Source of the DNA: Octopus sinensis
Lineage: Eukaryota
Length of the DNA: 64,000 nt
Assembly: GCF_006345805.1 (NCBI RefSeq)
Contig: NC_042998.1
Coordinates: 58,094,001 to 58,158,000 of the forward strand
Reading direction: 5' to 3'
The notes below the pieces were generated by a model. The model ran no database searches. It was not told where the DNA came from and saw nothing but the letters and a program-made list of their open reading frames with translations. This document shows positions 12,765 through 24,895 of the stretch, piece by piece (position 1 is the stretch's first letter; each line of letters opens with the position of its first letter). Position numbers and translations under genes: made by a program.

Positions 12765-13370
12765 CAGAATCTTTAGCAAAATGCTTTTTTTTTTTTTTTT
12801 TACTCGTTTCAGTCATTTGACTGCGGCCATGCTGGAGCACCGCCTTTAGTCGAGCAAATCGACCCCGGGACTTATTCTTTGTAAGCCCAGTACTTATTCT
12901 ATCGGTCTCTTTTTCCGAACCGCTAAGTTACGGGGACGTAAACACACCAGCATCGGTTGTCAAGCAATGCTAGGGGAACAAACACAGACACACAAACATA
13001 TTCACACACTTATATATATATATATACATATATACGACAGGCTTCTTTCAGTTTCCGTCTACCAAGTCCACTCACAAGGCATTGGTCGGCCCGGGGCTAT
13101 AGCAGAAGACACGTGTCCAAGATGCCACGCAGTGGGACTGAACCCGGAACCATGTGGTTGGTTAGCAAGCTACTTACCAAACAGCCACTCCTGCGCTTAG
13201 CATCATTTCGCTTGTCTTCACCTTCTGAGTTCAAATTCCACCGAGGTCAACTTTGCCTTTCATTCTTTCAGAGTCGATAAAATAAGTACCAGCTGAGTAC
13301 TGAGGTCGATGTAATCGACTTCCCCCCTCAACTGTATTTTCTGGACATGTGCCAAATATTGAAATTGTTA
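12765..13370 (+). mobile_element. Meta-like SINE interrupted by a nested SINE
   Basis: The head AAGGCGACGAACTAGCAGAATCTTTAGCAAAATGC stops at about 12785. The element resumes at about 13198 with TAGCATCATTTCG...GAGTTCAAATTCCACCGAGGTCAACTTTGCCTTTCAT. Confidence 0.7.
12785..13197 (-). mobile_element. Full-length tRNA-derived CORE-like SINE (OR/OK-type of octopus)
   Basis: Minus strand shows A/B-box-like head GCGCAGGAGTGGCTGTTTGGTAAG...GGTTCCGGGTTCAGTCCC, CORE-like ATCTTGGACACGTGTCTTC, an internal (TA)n, a 3' stem-loop tail and poly(A). Confidence 0.85.
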
Positions 13371-13528
13371 AAGACCGGTTCTTACATATTTATTTTTGCT
13401 GCAGCTATTGTTGTTGTTCTACAGGTTCATATTGATCGAATAAACTTATGATCAGAAGCGTCTCTCTCGAGACTATATCACATCTTTTATTTCCGATATA
13501 GAGTATCTAGGACTATGTTGTAATCCTC

Positions 13529-13803
13529 TGTCGGGCTGTTGTACGCCACTTCGGTATAGTAGTTAGTTAGCTAGACAAGTAAGGCCACGACTATGTATGA
13601 CCGTCTACTCCGTACTCTCTACTACACTGACACTGACTGACAGTGTTTATAATGACTAACACATATCACTCGTGATGTGGAAGAGGCGTACCGTTATTAC
13701 TATTATCCCTGTAAAATCTCTTTAAATTTTTCCTTTTTTCTTGGGATATAATTTTATTTCTTTTAATAGCAATAATCTTTATAACATCCCACCTCCCTTT
13801 CTT
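13529..13803 (-). mobile_element. LTR of about 258 bp (TGT...ACA) preceded by a polypurine tract
   Basis: On the minus strand AAGAAAGGGAGGTGGGA (13803-13787) is directly followed by TGTTAT (13786), and the segment ends CCCGACA at 13529. A partial diverged duplicate is at about 13969-14040. Confidence 0.5.
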
Positions 13804-15891
13804 AATTAAAAAAACCTTTTTACAGTTACATGTTTAATATTTTTCGTTTGGCATCCACTTTCAGGAACTCTGTACAATTACTTTTTCTTATACTTGTGCG
13901 TTTCGGTTTATCTTTTTGTGCTGGAGTTGTTACTTGAAAAGTAACATATAACCATTCCAGTATTAGGAATGACAGTATTTATAATGACTGTCACATATAA
14001 CTCGTCACGTAGGAGGTGTGTACCATTATTATTATTATTCGCATAACAGACTATATTATCCAAATGTTATTATGCAGCTCCATTACTTTCAGTTGAGTAA
14101 TGGGGTCGATGTAATCGACTTATCCCTCCCACGGAATTTATGGCCTTGTGCCAAAATTTGAAATGAATTCTTAACCCCAGTCGATCCATACATCGACCAG
14201 CTTTACAGCCATAACTTCTCTTCTTTTAGAGTATTTAGGATCACACTGTATGAGTCCATCTTTTGAGGTGCGAAGTGCGTAATTTGACCGAGATTTTACT
14301 GTTATTTCCAACAGGTCGAGAAACAACGTAGACGACCTCTCAGGAGAATGTAATTGAAGATGACTTAGGTGCTATTTCTAGATTATGTGACTGTGTAAAG
14401 GCTCCTTAATGGGCTTAATCTATATAATGATGTCGAGTTTTGGGGACTGAAACATAGAAACTGGGGTAGAGAAAGAAAGAGAGGCCAACAAATCGCTTCT
14501 TTGTATGTAACAGAACTGAAGGTATATAGCAATGATAATCAGTGATAAAATTGCATAGAAAACATTTCTCATGAAAAATGTAAAGTATAACGATAGCTGA
14601 AGATGTTATAGAAATTATTTTGAGTACACTTCATATTTAAAAATAAAATGAATGCATTATACTTATATATTTGTCGTTTTGAGTACAAGAAACGAAGTAT
14701 AGTGACAAGTTTTGAACCGACTAGGAAACTCTTTGAAATGCCTCACTATTGAGGCACTTCAATATATTTACTGCTTTATATGTAGAAGTTACGTCTGTCA
14801 TTATTAATTGTGGAGAGGGATGATTACCTCGACGTAAGGTTGTCTTCGACACGTTTGCACACAAATGAATTTTATATTTCTGTATTTTGGTATAGGTTTT
14901 AAATATTTCCGATACATTTTCAGTCTATCTTGTTGAAATTGTTTCTGGGAAAGAAATATCCAGAGACATTTAATTGTAAAATACACAAAGTTTTGTCAAA
15001 CGAAAGCTGTTCAATATCAGTTGAAGCCATATTTTTACTATTTATATTTATTGAATAAATAGTATAAATAGTTTACTTTCTTCTTCTCTTTGACAATTAA
15101 AAAAGAAAGAAAAGTTTAATATAAGATTATAGAGTTATTATAAATCAATAAACATGTGAATGAACAAATACAAACCATGGCAAAATTGTTTAATTAAATC
15201 TTGAAAATTATGTTTATGATATATTCTATTCCTAGATTCCCGAAGCTAAGTATGTATCGATTTGTCTTCATTATTCATTATTCGAGGGTTTGCTATGGCA
15301 AATGCTATACAGCTGTGGTTAACTCCCGTGAGGGAAAAGTACAATACCCAGTATCGATTCCTATTTAAAACCCTTTTCACGTAAACCATTTGGAATTAAA
15401 AAGAAATTTAAACGTCACAAATTTCCATTCCTCGTTGTATGAAAATTTCAGATTTTATATCTATATAAGATACCATTGGGTATATTGTTTACCTTGCAAC
15501 TTAATATACCTCAACGACTGTCAGTATGTTTTTAAATCAAAAATACTTAAGTCACTTGCCAAACAACCAAACAAGTACAACCCCGAACTATGTTATATTT
15601 AATGTGAGATTTACTGTATTCAGAATAACTGAAAATGTTTTGCTTCTTCATTGTATGGTTCTTTAATAATTTCAAATGGAATAATACGTTTTTCTCCTTG
15701 AATTAAAATTTAATATTAAGAGTTGCTTTTATGAAATCAACATCTGAAATTCTCTGTATGTATAATTACCAAGATGTCTGTTTGGATGTCTGGAATAATT
15801 CATGTATCTTCTCTTTGCATAAGAAAAATATTATCCATGATATGCATAAAATTCTTTATGTGTCTTTATTTCTCTCTTTTTTTTATTCAAG

Positions 15892-16590
15892 ACCTGCTGT
15901 GAACAACTGGAAGGCGCCCAATCCGACGATGAAAAACATTCTCTGTTCCTGGAATTAACTAAACTGTTAGGAATTGGTTTTGATCTCCTGCGAGGGAAGC
16001 AATCTTTACATTTTACGGCTTTAAGTACTATTAACCGAATCCTTGATTTATGCATTTATCATAGGAATTATGAAATTGGCTCTTTAACAGACAGCATTGA
16101 AAACATTGCTGCCTGTCCGAATGCAAACATTGATAATAACACTAACCGTGGGTTATCAATGCGTAAAGAACCAATTACTCAAAAGACATCACTCGATGAG
16201 ACATCGAATCTTAGTCGTAAACCATCATCAAGTTCGAAGAAATTTGTCCTCAAGGAACAAAGTTATAATGATCGTCTACAAGAAGAGGATGATTTACGCA
16301 TACCTATAATGCCGTTAAATCGAACTCCATTAGAAATTCTGACCAATTCTGACCCCAGTCAGATTCTAAGTGTATTACACAATAATATCACAATGCATAA
16401 ACGCATAATAGGAACTCGGCAAAAGTGCTCACCTAGCACGAGGCGACGGCAATGTACACATCACTGCCTACAAATTTTAAGTGCGCGAATTCTTGTCGTA
16501 ATGTGTCATGGAGCTAACGTCCAACATAGAGTTGTCGCTGATGGCCACGTAAAGACCTTGGTCGAAGCCTTGGATCCTAACAACGATCCG
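15892..16590 (+). CDS. Internal coding exon (233 codons) of a large host gene; identity uncertain, tentatively resembles the N-terminal extension of invertebrate PLC-epsilon-like proteins
   Basis: Polypyrimidine acceptor TTTCTCTCTTTTTTTTATTCAAG|ACC, 699 nt with no stop, and donor CCG|GTAAGT (phase 0-0). Protein: TCCEQLEGAQSDDEKHSLFLELTKLLGIGFDLLRGKQSLHFTALSTINRILDLC...CTHHCLQILSARILVVMCHGANVQHRVVADGHVKTLVEALDPNNDP. The ORF-track entry 16159..16674 is its 3' part plus intron read-through. The family guess is from memory only. Confidence 0.85.
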
Positions 16591-16769
16591 GTAAGTAATA
16601 TGTCTTACATTTATTCAATTGATTTTTTCAAAATACACCCGTGTAATCCTGTATTTGCCTGCCATATAATCTAAAAACTGTTGAACAAAACATAATGTCA
16701 CTTTTATAATGTATGTTTTTCTATGATGACTGTGTTGGTAAATCGATAAATATAGGAATTCACAAATTC

Positions 16770-17090
16770 AGATTGATTGATTCTAGTTTCAGCTCACGAG
16801 CTGTGGCCATGCTGGGGCACCGCCATTTGGTGTTGCTACATGGTTTTACTTCACGAATGCTTTTTAGCAACTGCCATTTGGTGCATGAGAGAGTTCGATG
16901 CAGCTGCCCTCATCTGCACCTCCTGCCGTGAAGTTGGTTCATCTGGGATACCTGACAAGAAGAGATTCAGTTTCATTTTAAAGACATCTGCATCCACCCC
17001 ATGCAGGTCTCTTAGGTTCTTCGGGAGGATATTGAAGAGCTGTGGGCCTCGGAAGCCCAGGCTATCACAGTATCTTGTCCTACATTTACA
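16770..17090 (-). mobile_element. LINE 3' end (CR1/L2-group-like) with stem-loop tail and (AATC)n
   Basis: Minus translation RTRYCDSLGFRGPQLFNILPKNLRDLHGVDADVFKMKLNLFLSGIPDEP...AAASNSL. The tail GGCGGTGCCCCAGCATGGCCACAGCTCGTGAGCTGAAAC is followed by AATC repeats. Confidence 0.8.
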
Positions 17091-17423
17091 GTTCCTAGCA
17101 AAATATTTATTTTTTCTATTAATTTATAATCAGAGTTAAGTATATACCTTGTATGCTTAATTCTCTTGGGTATGTTAATTAACCGTATTACCTTTTTTCT
17201 TTTTCTGTATTCTGCTTTTCTTTAGAATAATTAAATAATTTTCATTATTTAAATTTCATATATATATATATAAATTGTTTTCTTTTTCATCAAGTTCCAA
17301 TTTGTTTCATTTTTTTGTCATCATGTTCTAAGATTTTTACTATTGTCATTTCCATTTCATGAATGAGAATACGGATCAACACAATATAATAACAATCTAT
17401 ACCATTTAAAAAAAACTGCACAC

Positions 17424-17458
<35 letters not shown>

Positions 17459-18219
17459 CAAATACACACATGTATCTTCTATTTCGTCATATGACAGTGT
17501 TAGAGTCTGTATTTTAGAATGCAGTGAGGCAAATACTATTTGAATATACTCTAACAATAAAAGAGTAATACGATAATAACTATAACAATAACATCAAAAA
17601 CAACAACGGCAACAACAATAATTAATACGAAAGCTAATGATATAATTATTTTGATTTCTTGCATTGACATACGCCTATGCATTTTCATGTTAGTGTTAAA
17701 GTCGAATAAATCTATAGCAGATTGAACAAAGGTGAAGATGATTCCAAGAGGATTTCGATTCAGGTTATAAAAGGATATAATAAAATGCGTAAATGCAATC
17801 CATTAGGAACTCCTCAGCTTCTGTTATTGAACGCTGGCACCAAATTAGCTTTCTGTTTATGGATGACGTGAAATACGAAGCAAATATAATCACGAATATA
17901 ATAGCCAAAATAACAAAAAAAGTTAAATTAAGGAAATAAGGCAGAATTAACTTTTCATTAAATCATCTAAAACTAAATTCTTTTCTAGTGGACACATAAT
18001 ACAAAAATTATGAGTTTTAGAGGAGTAGAGAAAGTGGGATGTGTCTAATAAGGTATAACTCAGTATAAATGAAAGGCACTGCTTCAGGTTGGTATCTTAA
18101 TTGGGTTGCATTCGCTGTCTCACTCAAAATCTTGTTTCTTTATCTATGATGATTTTGCCAAAATATTAAACGTCAATACAAGTAGGTAATAAAATATAAG
18201 TAGAGCCTTTATCGTAGCT

Positions 18220-18974
18220 GGTATTCAGTCCGATTATTTCTATGTCCCCGCGCATGATACAGCCTTAAGACATTTATTGGATGGCCGTTGACTCTCAAGA
18301 GTTCCTCCGCCCTTTGACTGGTTTTGTTTTTCATCCCGCAGGGTGTCCAATAAGCACCCTCCTCATCAAGCAAGCTTGGTGGGGTTGAGAGTATCTGAGT
18401 ACATCTATGTGTTCATATACATACATACACACGCACATATACATATATTTATGCATATATGTAATTATGTATACTCATACACTTAATTGGGAGAGAAGGC
18501 TCACGGACTTAAAATAACAAAAAACGATGTTTATATATGTGTGAGTGTGTGTGCGCGCGCGTGTGTGTGTACTAAAATACATAGAAAATTCGGCAACTGA
18601 CTGAATATGTGTATAACCGAATATTTATTAGGGACTAACGAGAGTTACTTGGATGCTACGCTGGTGATATCTTATTTGATATGTACCATCAAATGTAGTT
18701 ATGTATATGCTTTACACTTCCTGCCATACACACACGTGTGTTTCCATGTATGTATGTATGTATATATGTATGTATTACATGTTACCAGTAGCACTCGAAA
18801 GTGACCTGTTGCATGGTCGGGTTGCTTGATGAGGAGGGTGCTTATTGGACACCCTGCGGGATGAAAAACAAAACCAGTCAAGGGGCAGAGGAACCCTTGA
18901 GAGTCAACGGCCATCCAATAAATGTCTTAAGGCTGTATCATGCGCGGGGACATAGAAATAATCGGACTGAATAC
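18220..18974. repeat. Inverted duplication with arms of about 154 bp (18220-18373 / 18822-18974); the right arm continues into a probable retroelement 5' region to about 19270
   Basis: CATCCCGCAGGGTGTCCAATAAGCACCCTCCTCATCAAGCAA pairs with TTGCTTGATGAGGAGGGTGCTTATTGGACACCCTGCGGGATG. Confidence 0.85.
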
Positions 18975-20063
18975 CCGATCACGTGGTTAAACCATTGGGA
19001 GTGAAGGACACCTAGCCTTTGTTAGGGCATCCTTCTAGGAGAAGGTAACTCAGGTAACTAGGATAACTCCGACATAAAACCTGCGGCTCAATGGTTACCG
19101 ATGATGTTGACTTGTTCTTCTTTTCGGATTATGGCTGCTGTTGCTTAGTGAGTGGGATTGACTCGGTGCACAGCCTTTCCTAACTTAAAAAAAAATCTTC
19201 TTGCACAGGCATTGCACAATAACAACATTGATTAAGCTTCGTGCAATGGCCATATTTGATAACGAGGGGGCAGCTACCATATATGTATATTATGTATATG
19301 TGTATACACACATACATATAGGCATACATGTCTCTAATTTTGAAGAGTGAGAATGAGTGTTCAGCATCTCATTAGTGGATAAATATTCTTTATTTGTGGG
19401 TTTAGCAAGGCTAACAATGGTTTCATAGAGATAGAAATCTCTCAACAATTATTAAGCCATTTGGGAAGCGTTGGTACTCATTTCAATCCTTTAAATACAC
19501 GAGGCTACACGCGATTGTCAGGAATGAAGGGATAAATAAATGTACCGATCATGGGAGGTAATGTATAGGGAAATCGTAATTTTTGTTCCCCTTTCGTTAG
19601 CCATGGTATCTTTGTAATGAACTGCGTTCACCCTATTTTAATTTATTACTATTTTATGTGAGAACGCTCATGCACGACCAAATTTATAGATGTAAATGTA
19701 GGCGTATTTGCACATTCATATTCATACAAAATATGTGCGCACAATACTAAACAGGCACACACATATTCACACACAAACGCACACACTTATATACACACAC
19801 ACACACACCTACACACACGCACACAGAAACATGCCTGCAGTTTACGTTTGTTCGTGTATGTGCATGTGTACATAATTGTGGAGTTTCATGGATTTTGACA
19901 GCAAAGGTGGTCCATGGCGTAGTAGATTTAAAAGTTTCTGCATATATATATTTTCTGGTAATTGTTAGATATCACGACTGTGTACAATGAACATATATCT
20001 GTGTCATGAGGGAATTCATCATACGTTTATATGACGTGTGCCGTACATGAATAATGTTCACAT

Positions 20064-20478
20064 AGGCGTAGGAGTGGCTGTGTGGTAAGTAGCTTACTTA
20101 CGAACCGCATGGTTCCGGGTTCAGTCCTACTGCGTGGCACCTTGGGCAAGTGTCTTCTACTATAGCCTTGGGCCGACCAAAGCCTTGTGAATGGATTTGG
20201 TAGACGGAAACTGAAAGGAGACCGTCGTACATATGTATATATATATATACGTATGTGTGTATATGTTTTTGTGTCTGTGTTTGTCCCCCCAACATCACTT
20301 GACAATCGATGCTGGTCTGTTTATGTCCCTGTAACTTAGCGGTTCAGCTAAAAGAGACCGATTGAATAAGTACTAGGCTTACAAAAAATAAGTCCTAAGG
20401 TCGATTTGCTCGACTAAAGGCGTTGCTCCAGCATGGCCGCAGTCAAATGACTGAAACAAGTAAAAGAGTAAAAGAGTA
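20064..20478 (+). mobile_element. Full-length CORE-like SINE
   Basis: AGGCGTAGGAGTGGCTGTGTGGTAAG...GGTTCCGGGTTCAGTCC...CACCTTGGGCAAGTGTCTTC, ending in a GTAAAAGA-repeat tail. Confidence 0.85.
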
Positions 20479-21329
20479 CATGATGAACATAATCGATGTC
20501 CATAGAACAACTTATTCAAGTTGGTGAGTGGGGGATCGTGTTTGAAATTTTGAAGATTGAATTGTCTGCGCATGGAGGCAGAGAATTTTTCCTCCTTGTT
20601 TGAAACGTTCACTGTTGATGTTACGATATTTACTTTTTTTCGGTAATACAGTTGTCACATTTGCTAGCTCTTACTCTGTATTTGCTGTCCTCAGCTATTA
20701 TGTTGCATTTTATATGGGGGTTGCTAGTTCTTCTCTTTTTAAGTGCCCATACCATGTTGGATAAAGTAATAACTTGCTTGCATTCATTACAACGGCTATA
20801 TGAGTAGTAGTGACGGTTGCATATGCTTTACTAAGCTCAAGTGCCTTTTGAAGCAAACTTCAAAGAGAGATGTACGCAGCACTTGCCTTCGTTTAGAGAT
20901 AATATCAAAAGAGATACATCTTTATCTTCATCATCGAAAACTAAATTATCGTAACATCAATAGTAAACTCTTTCAAATATCAGGGGAGAAACCTTTTCGC
21001 CCAGCATAGACAAACAACAATTCATACTTCGAAATTTCAAGTACGACCTCCTAGCAACTTAGACCCACCCACCAAATCTCTAAACCTGGAAAGTTCTGCT
21101 CTGGACATCAATAATATATACACTATATAAATATTATGCTTCAATGATATACGCCCGCATAAACCGATTCTGGATTCCCTCATTACACATATATGGGCGT
21201 ACTGCACATACCCGTAATATGATTCGCAGAAAAAAACATTTATATACACAGATTTATCAATTTACAACCGTCAAGGGCCGAGTTTGGCGTCAAAATCTGT
21301 AAACATACACAAACAAAGCGCATAATCTA

Positions 21330-21375
<46 letters not shown>

Positions 21376-21436
21376 ATACACATATGTGTGTATATTTGTA
21401 CGTATGTAAATATATATATATATATATACAATTCTT

Positions 21437-21485
<49 letters not shown>

Positions 21486-21629
21486 ATGTGTGTGTGTGCA
21501 CGCGTGTGCCCGCATATCTTGTATATATATCTGCATGTACACATAGGTGTGTGTCAATATTTGTAAATTTGGACGGGCGCAGAGAAAATTAGAATTAATC
21601 AATCAATGGTGACTACATTTCTTATAAAG

Positions 21630-23032
21630 ATCCCGATGGTATTGCAAGAGAGACAGAAATTATGATTTTCCTAAAAATTACATCCCATGATCTGTATACA
21701 AAAAGCTGGCTGAAAACTTTAGCAACATACTAGCAGAGCCAGAGACAATGCCAGAATGGCTCACGAAGGGGAAAACCATCTTAATTCTCAAATCAAATGA
21801 GACAGCAAAACCAGAAAACTACAGACCTATAACCTGTCTCCCAATAATGTACAAGGCATTTACTGCAGTGATATCGCAAAGGTTGAACAAGCACCTGGAC
21901 GAAAACAACCTGTTTCCAGAAGAGCAGAAACGATGCCGCAAAGGCTCATATGGCTGTAAAGATCAACTAATGATTAATAAAGACATAACTAAAGACAGCC
22001 ACAGAAAGAAGAAAGGCCTCAGTATGGCCTGGATCAGCTACAAAAAGGCGTTTGATAGCACCCTCCCACACACATATGGATCCTCGAATCACTAGCCATT
22101 AACAAAGTAGCACCAACAATTATAAAATTCATAGGACACTCTGTGAATAAATGGCAAACAGTCCTACACCTCCAAACAAAAGAGGGACTCATGAAAACCA
22201 AAGCCATCCCCATTAGAAGAGGAATATTCCAGGGAGACACGCTCTCTCCACTCCTTTTCTGCTTGGCACTGTCACCTCTATCAGATATGCTAAATAGAAC
22301 TGGATGCGGATATAAATGTTACGGCAAAATGATCAGCCACCTTTTATATATGGATGACCTAAAACTATACGCTGCAAATGACAAACAGCTGGAAACACTA
22401 TTAAAGACAGTTCGTGGATTTACCAAAGAAATAGATATGAAATTTGGGTTAGAAAAATGTGCCAAAGTTACCCTGAAAAGAGGAAAACTAATTAAGAGTA
22501 GTAACATCACACTAGATAAAACCAATGAAATAAAAGAATTAGACCAAAGCCAAACTTACAAATACTTAGGAATTCATGAACTAGATAAGACACAACACAC
22601 ACAAATGAAAGAGGAAATAAAAAAGAATATTATAGACGAGTTAGATTAATACTAAAAACAGAGCTCAATGCTAAAACAAGATAATAGGTATTAACACTTT
22701 AGCTGTCCCAGTTATAAGTTACAGCTACAATATCCTTAACTGGACACTAAATGAATTGACCAAAATAGATAGGAAAATAAGAAAAATAATGACAGGGTCT
22801 AGGATGCATCACCCAAAATCTGACATAGAAAGACTATATATACAACGTATAGAAGGTGGTAGAGGCCTTATACAGCTGGAAAACTACTATAAAATAACCA
22901 CTGCAAAAATATCTACTTCAGAAGGAAGAAAAACTGATACAAATAGCGGCAAAACACGAGCAAAACAAAAAACTGTTCTCAGTATTTAAGGAAGCTGACA
23001 AATACAAACAAGAAATCATACCACCTAACAAA

Positions 23033-23063
<31 letters not shown>

Positions 23064-24060
23064 AAGAAGAAGAAGAAGAAGAAGAAGAAGAAGAAGAAGA
23101 AGAAGAAGAAGAAGAAGAAGAAGAAGAAACAACAAAAGCTATAAAACAAATGAAATCCAAACTAAAACTAGAACAGCAAAGAACCATGATAAAACGATGG
23201 CAAAAACAGCCCCTTCATGGTAAATACTGGACTAAACTAAATGCAAAAGAAATAGACAAAGAAAAATCCCAGCAATGGTTGAGAAGCTCAGGACTCAAAG
23301 CAGAGACAGAGGGATTTTTAATTGCAGCACAAGACCAAAGCCTCCTGACCAGAAATTCCCAAAAACATGTAATGAAAAGAAATATAACAAGTAACTGCTG
23401 AATATGTGGAGATGGACAAGAAACAATAAATCATATATCTCTGGCTGCCCAGTCCTGGCTAAGAAGGAATATATTCACAGACATGACAGAGTTGGAACCT
23501 ACATACACTGGAGGCTATGCCAACATTATGGAATAACAACAGAAAAAAGATGGTATAGGCACTCACCAGAAAAGGTCACAGAAAACGAGAAAGCAATCAT
23601 ACTCTGGGATATGCCGATACACACAGATAGAGAAATTAAGGCCAACAGACCAGATATAGTTGTCAGAGATCATAAAGTAAAAAATTGCTTTCTAATTGAT
23701 GTATCAATACCGGCAGATGACAACGTTTCTCTAAAAGAAATGGAGAAACTTTCAAAATACAAAGACCTGGAAATAGAGGTAACTAGAATGTGGAATCTAA
23801 AAACAGAAACAATCCCTATCATAGTAGGTGCATTAGGCATGATAAAAAATATTCAGACAAATACATAACAAAAACACCAGGACTTACAAACACATATAAC
23901 ATACAGAAAATTGCACTACTAGGCACTGCACACATCCTACGCAGAACACTTTCCATACAATAACCATCAGAGCATCACAACAAATCACAGCACATACCCA
24001 AGAAACACAGAGCTGCGCTCGGTAGTGAAGTGAAAGCACGTTATAAAAATAAAACTACTG
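21630..24060 (+). mobile_element. 5'-truncated R4/Dong-type RLE non-LTR retrotransposon (RT, CCHC knuckle, restriction-like endonuclease), disrupted
   Basis: NYRPITCLP; KKAFDS; RRGIFQGDTLSPLLFCLAL; HLLYMDDLKLYA; C*ICGDGQETINHI-SGCP; RHDRVGTYIHW; RPDIVVRD...LIDVSIP. Several frameshifts and stops. It ends at an (AAT)n tract. Confidence 0.92.
23033..23127 (+). repeat. (GAA)n tract inside the R4/Dong ORF
   Basis: About 30 GAA units, in frame with the downstream MKSKLKLEQ segment. Confidence 0.95.
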
Positions 24061-24070
24061 AATAATAATG

Positions 24071-24128
<58 letters not shown>

Positions 24129-24147
24129 TAATAACAATAATAATAAT

Positions 24148-24895
24148 GGAGCAGATCCAAAATGCCGATTCTGCAACGACATGATTGAAACATTGGACCA
24201 CCTAATCTCTGGATGTAAAGTCTTAGCACCAGTGGAGTATAAATTAAGACATGACAGAGTTGGCCAATATCTACACTGGCTAATAAGTCGGCATTACAAC
24301 ATCAAAACTGCCGACAAGTGGTATAATCACCACCCTGAAGCTGTAACTGAAGGAGAAAATGTAACGATTCTGTGGGACTTTCTAGTACATACAGACCGAA
24401 CCCTCAAAGCCAATAAACCGGATATTGTTGTGAAAGACCAAAACAATAAAGTTTGCTTATTGATCGACATGAGCATCCCCTGTGATCATAATATCTCGGC
24501 GAAAGAGTTTGACAAGCTCAGAAAATATAAAGACCTGCTCATTGATATTGAGAAAATGTGGCATCTCAAGGCGGTTACAATACCAGTGATCGTAGGAGCA
24601 CTAGGAATGATCAAGAAGGGAACCGAAAATTATATGAGAATGATCCCTGGCTTACCATCCCTGTAAGAAGTTCAGAAGATTGTCTTAACTGGTACATCAC
24701 ACGTATTGAGAAGAGCAATGTCGATGTAAGAACTATTACTACACATGTATTTTAATTTAACTTAAAAAAAAATGAACGAACAAGTGAGTTTAGTTTAATG
24801 GCCTACCAATGTATACTATGAGTTTCTTTGCCCTAGGAGTCGGGAAGACACTCGGCAAGAAATGGAAGCAAATTTGAAAGAAGAAGAAAAAAAGA
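24148..24895 (+). mobile_element. Second, diverged, heavily 5'-truncated R4/Dong-type element
   Basis: GADPKCRFCNDMIETLDHLISGC (CCHC), RHDRVGQYLHW and KPDIVVKD...LIDMSIP (RLE). Flanked on both sides by (TAA)n. Confidence 0.9.
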
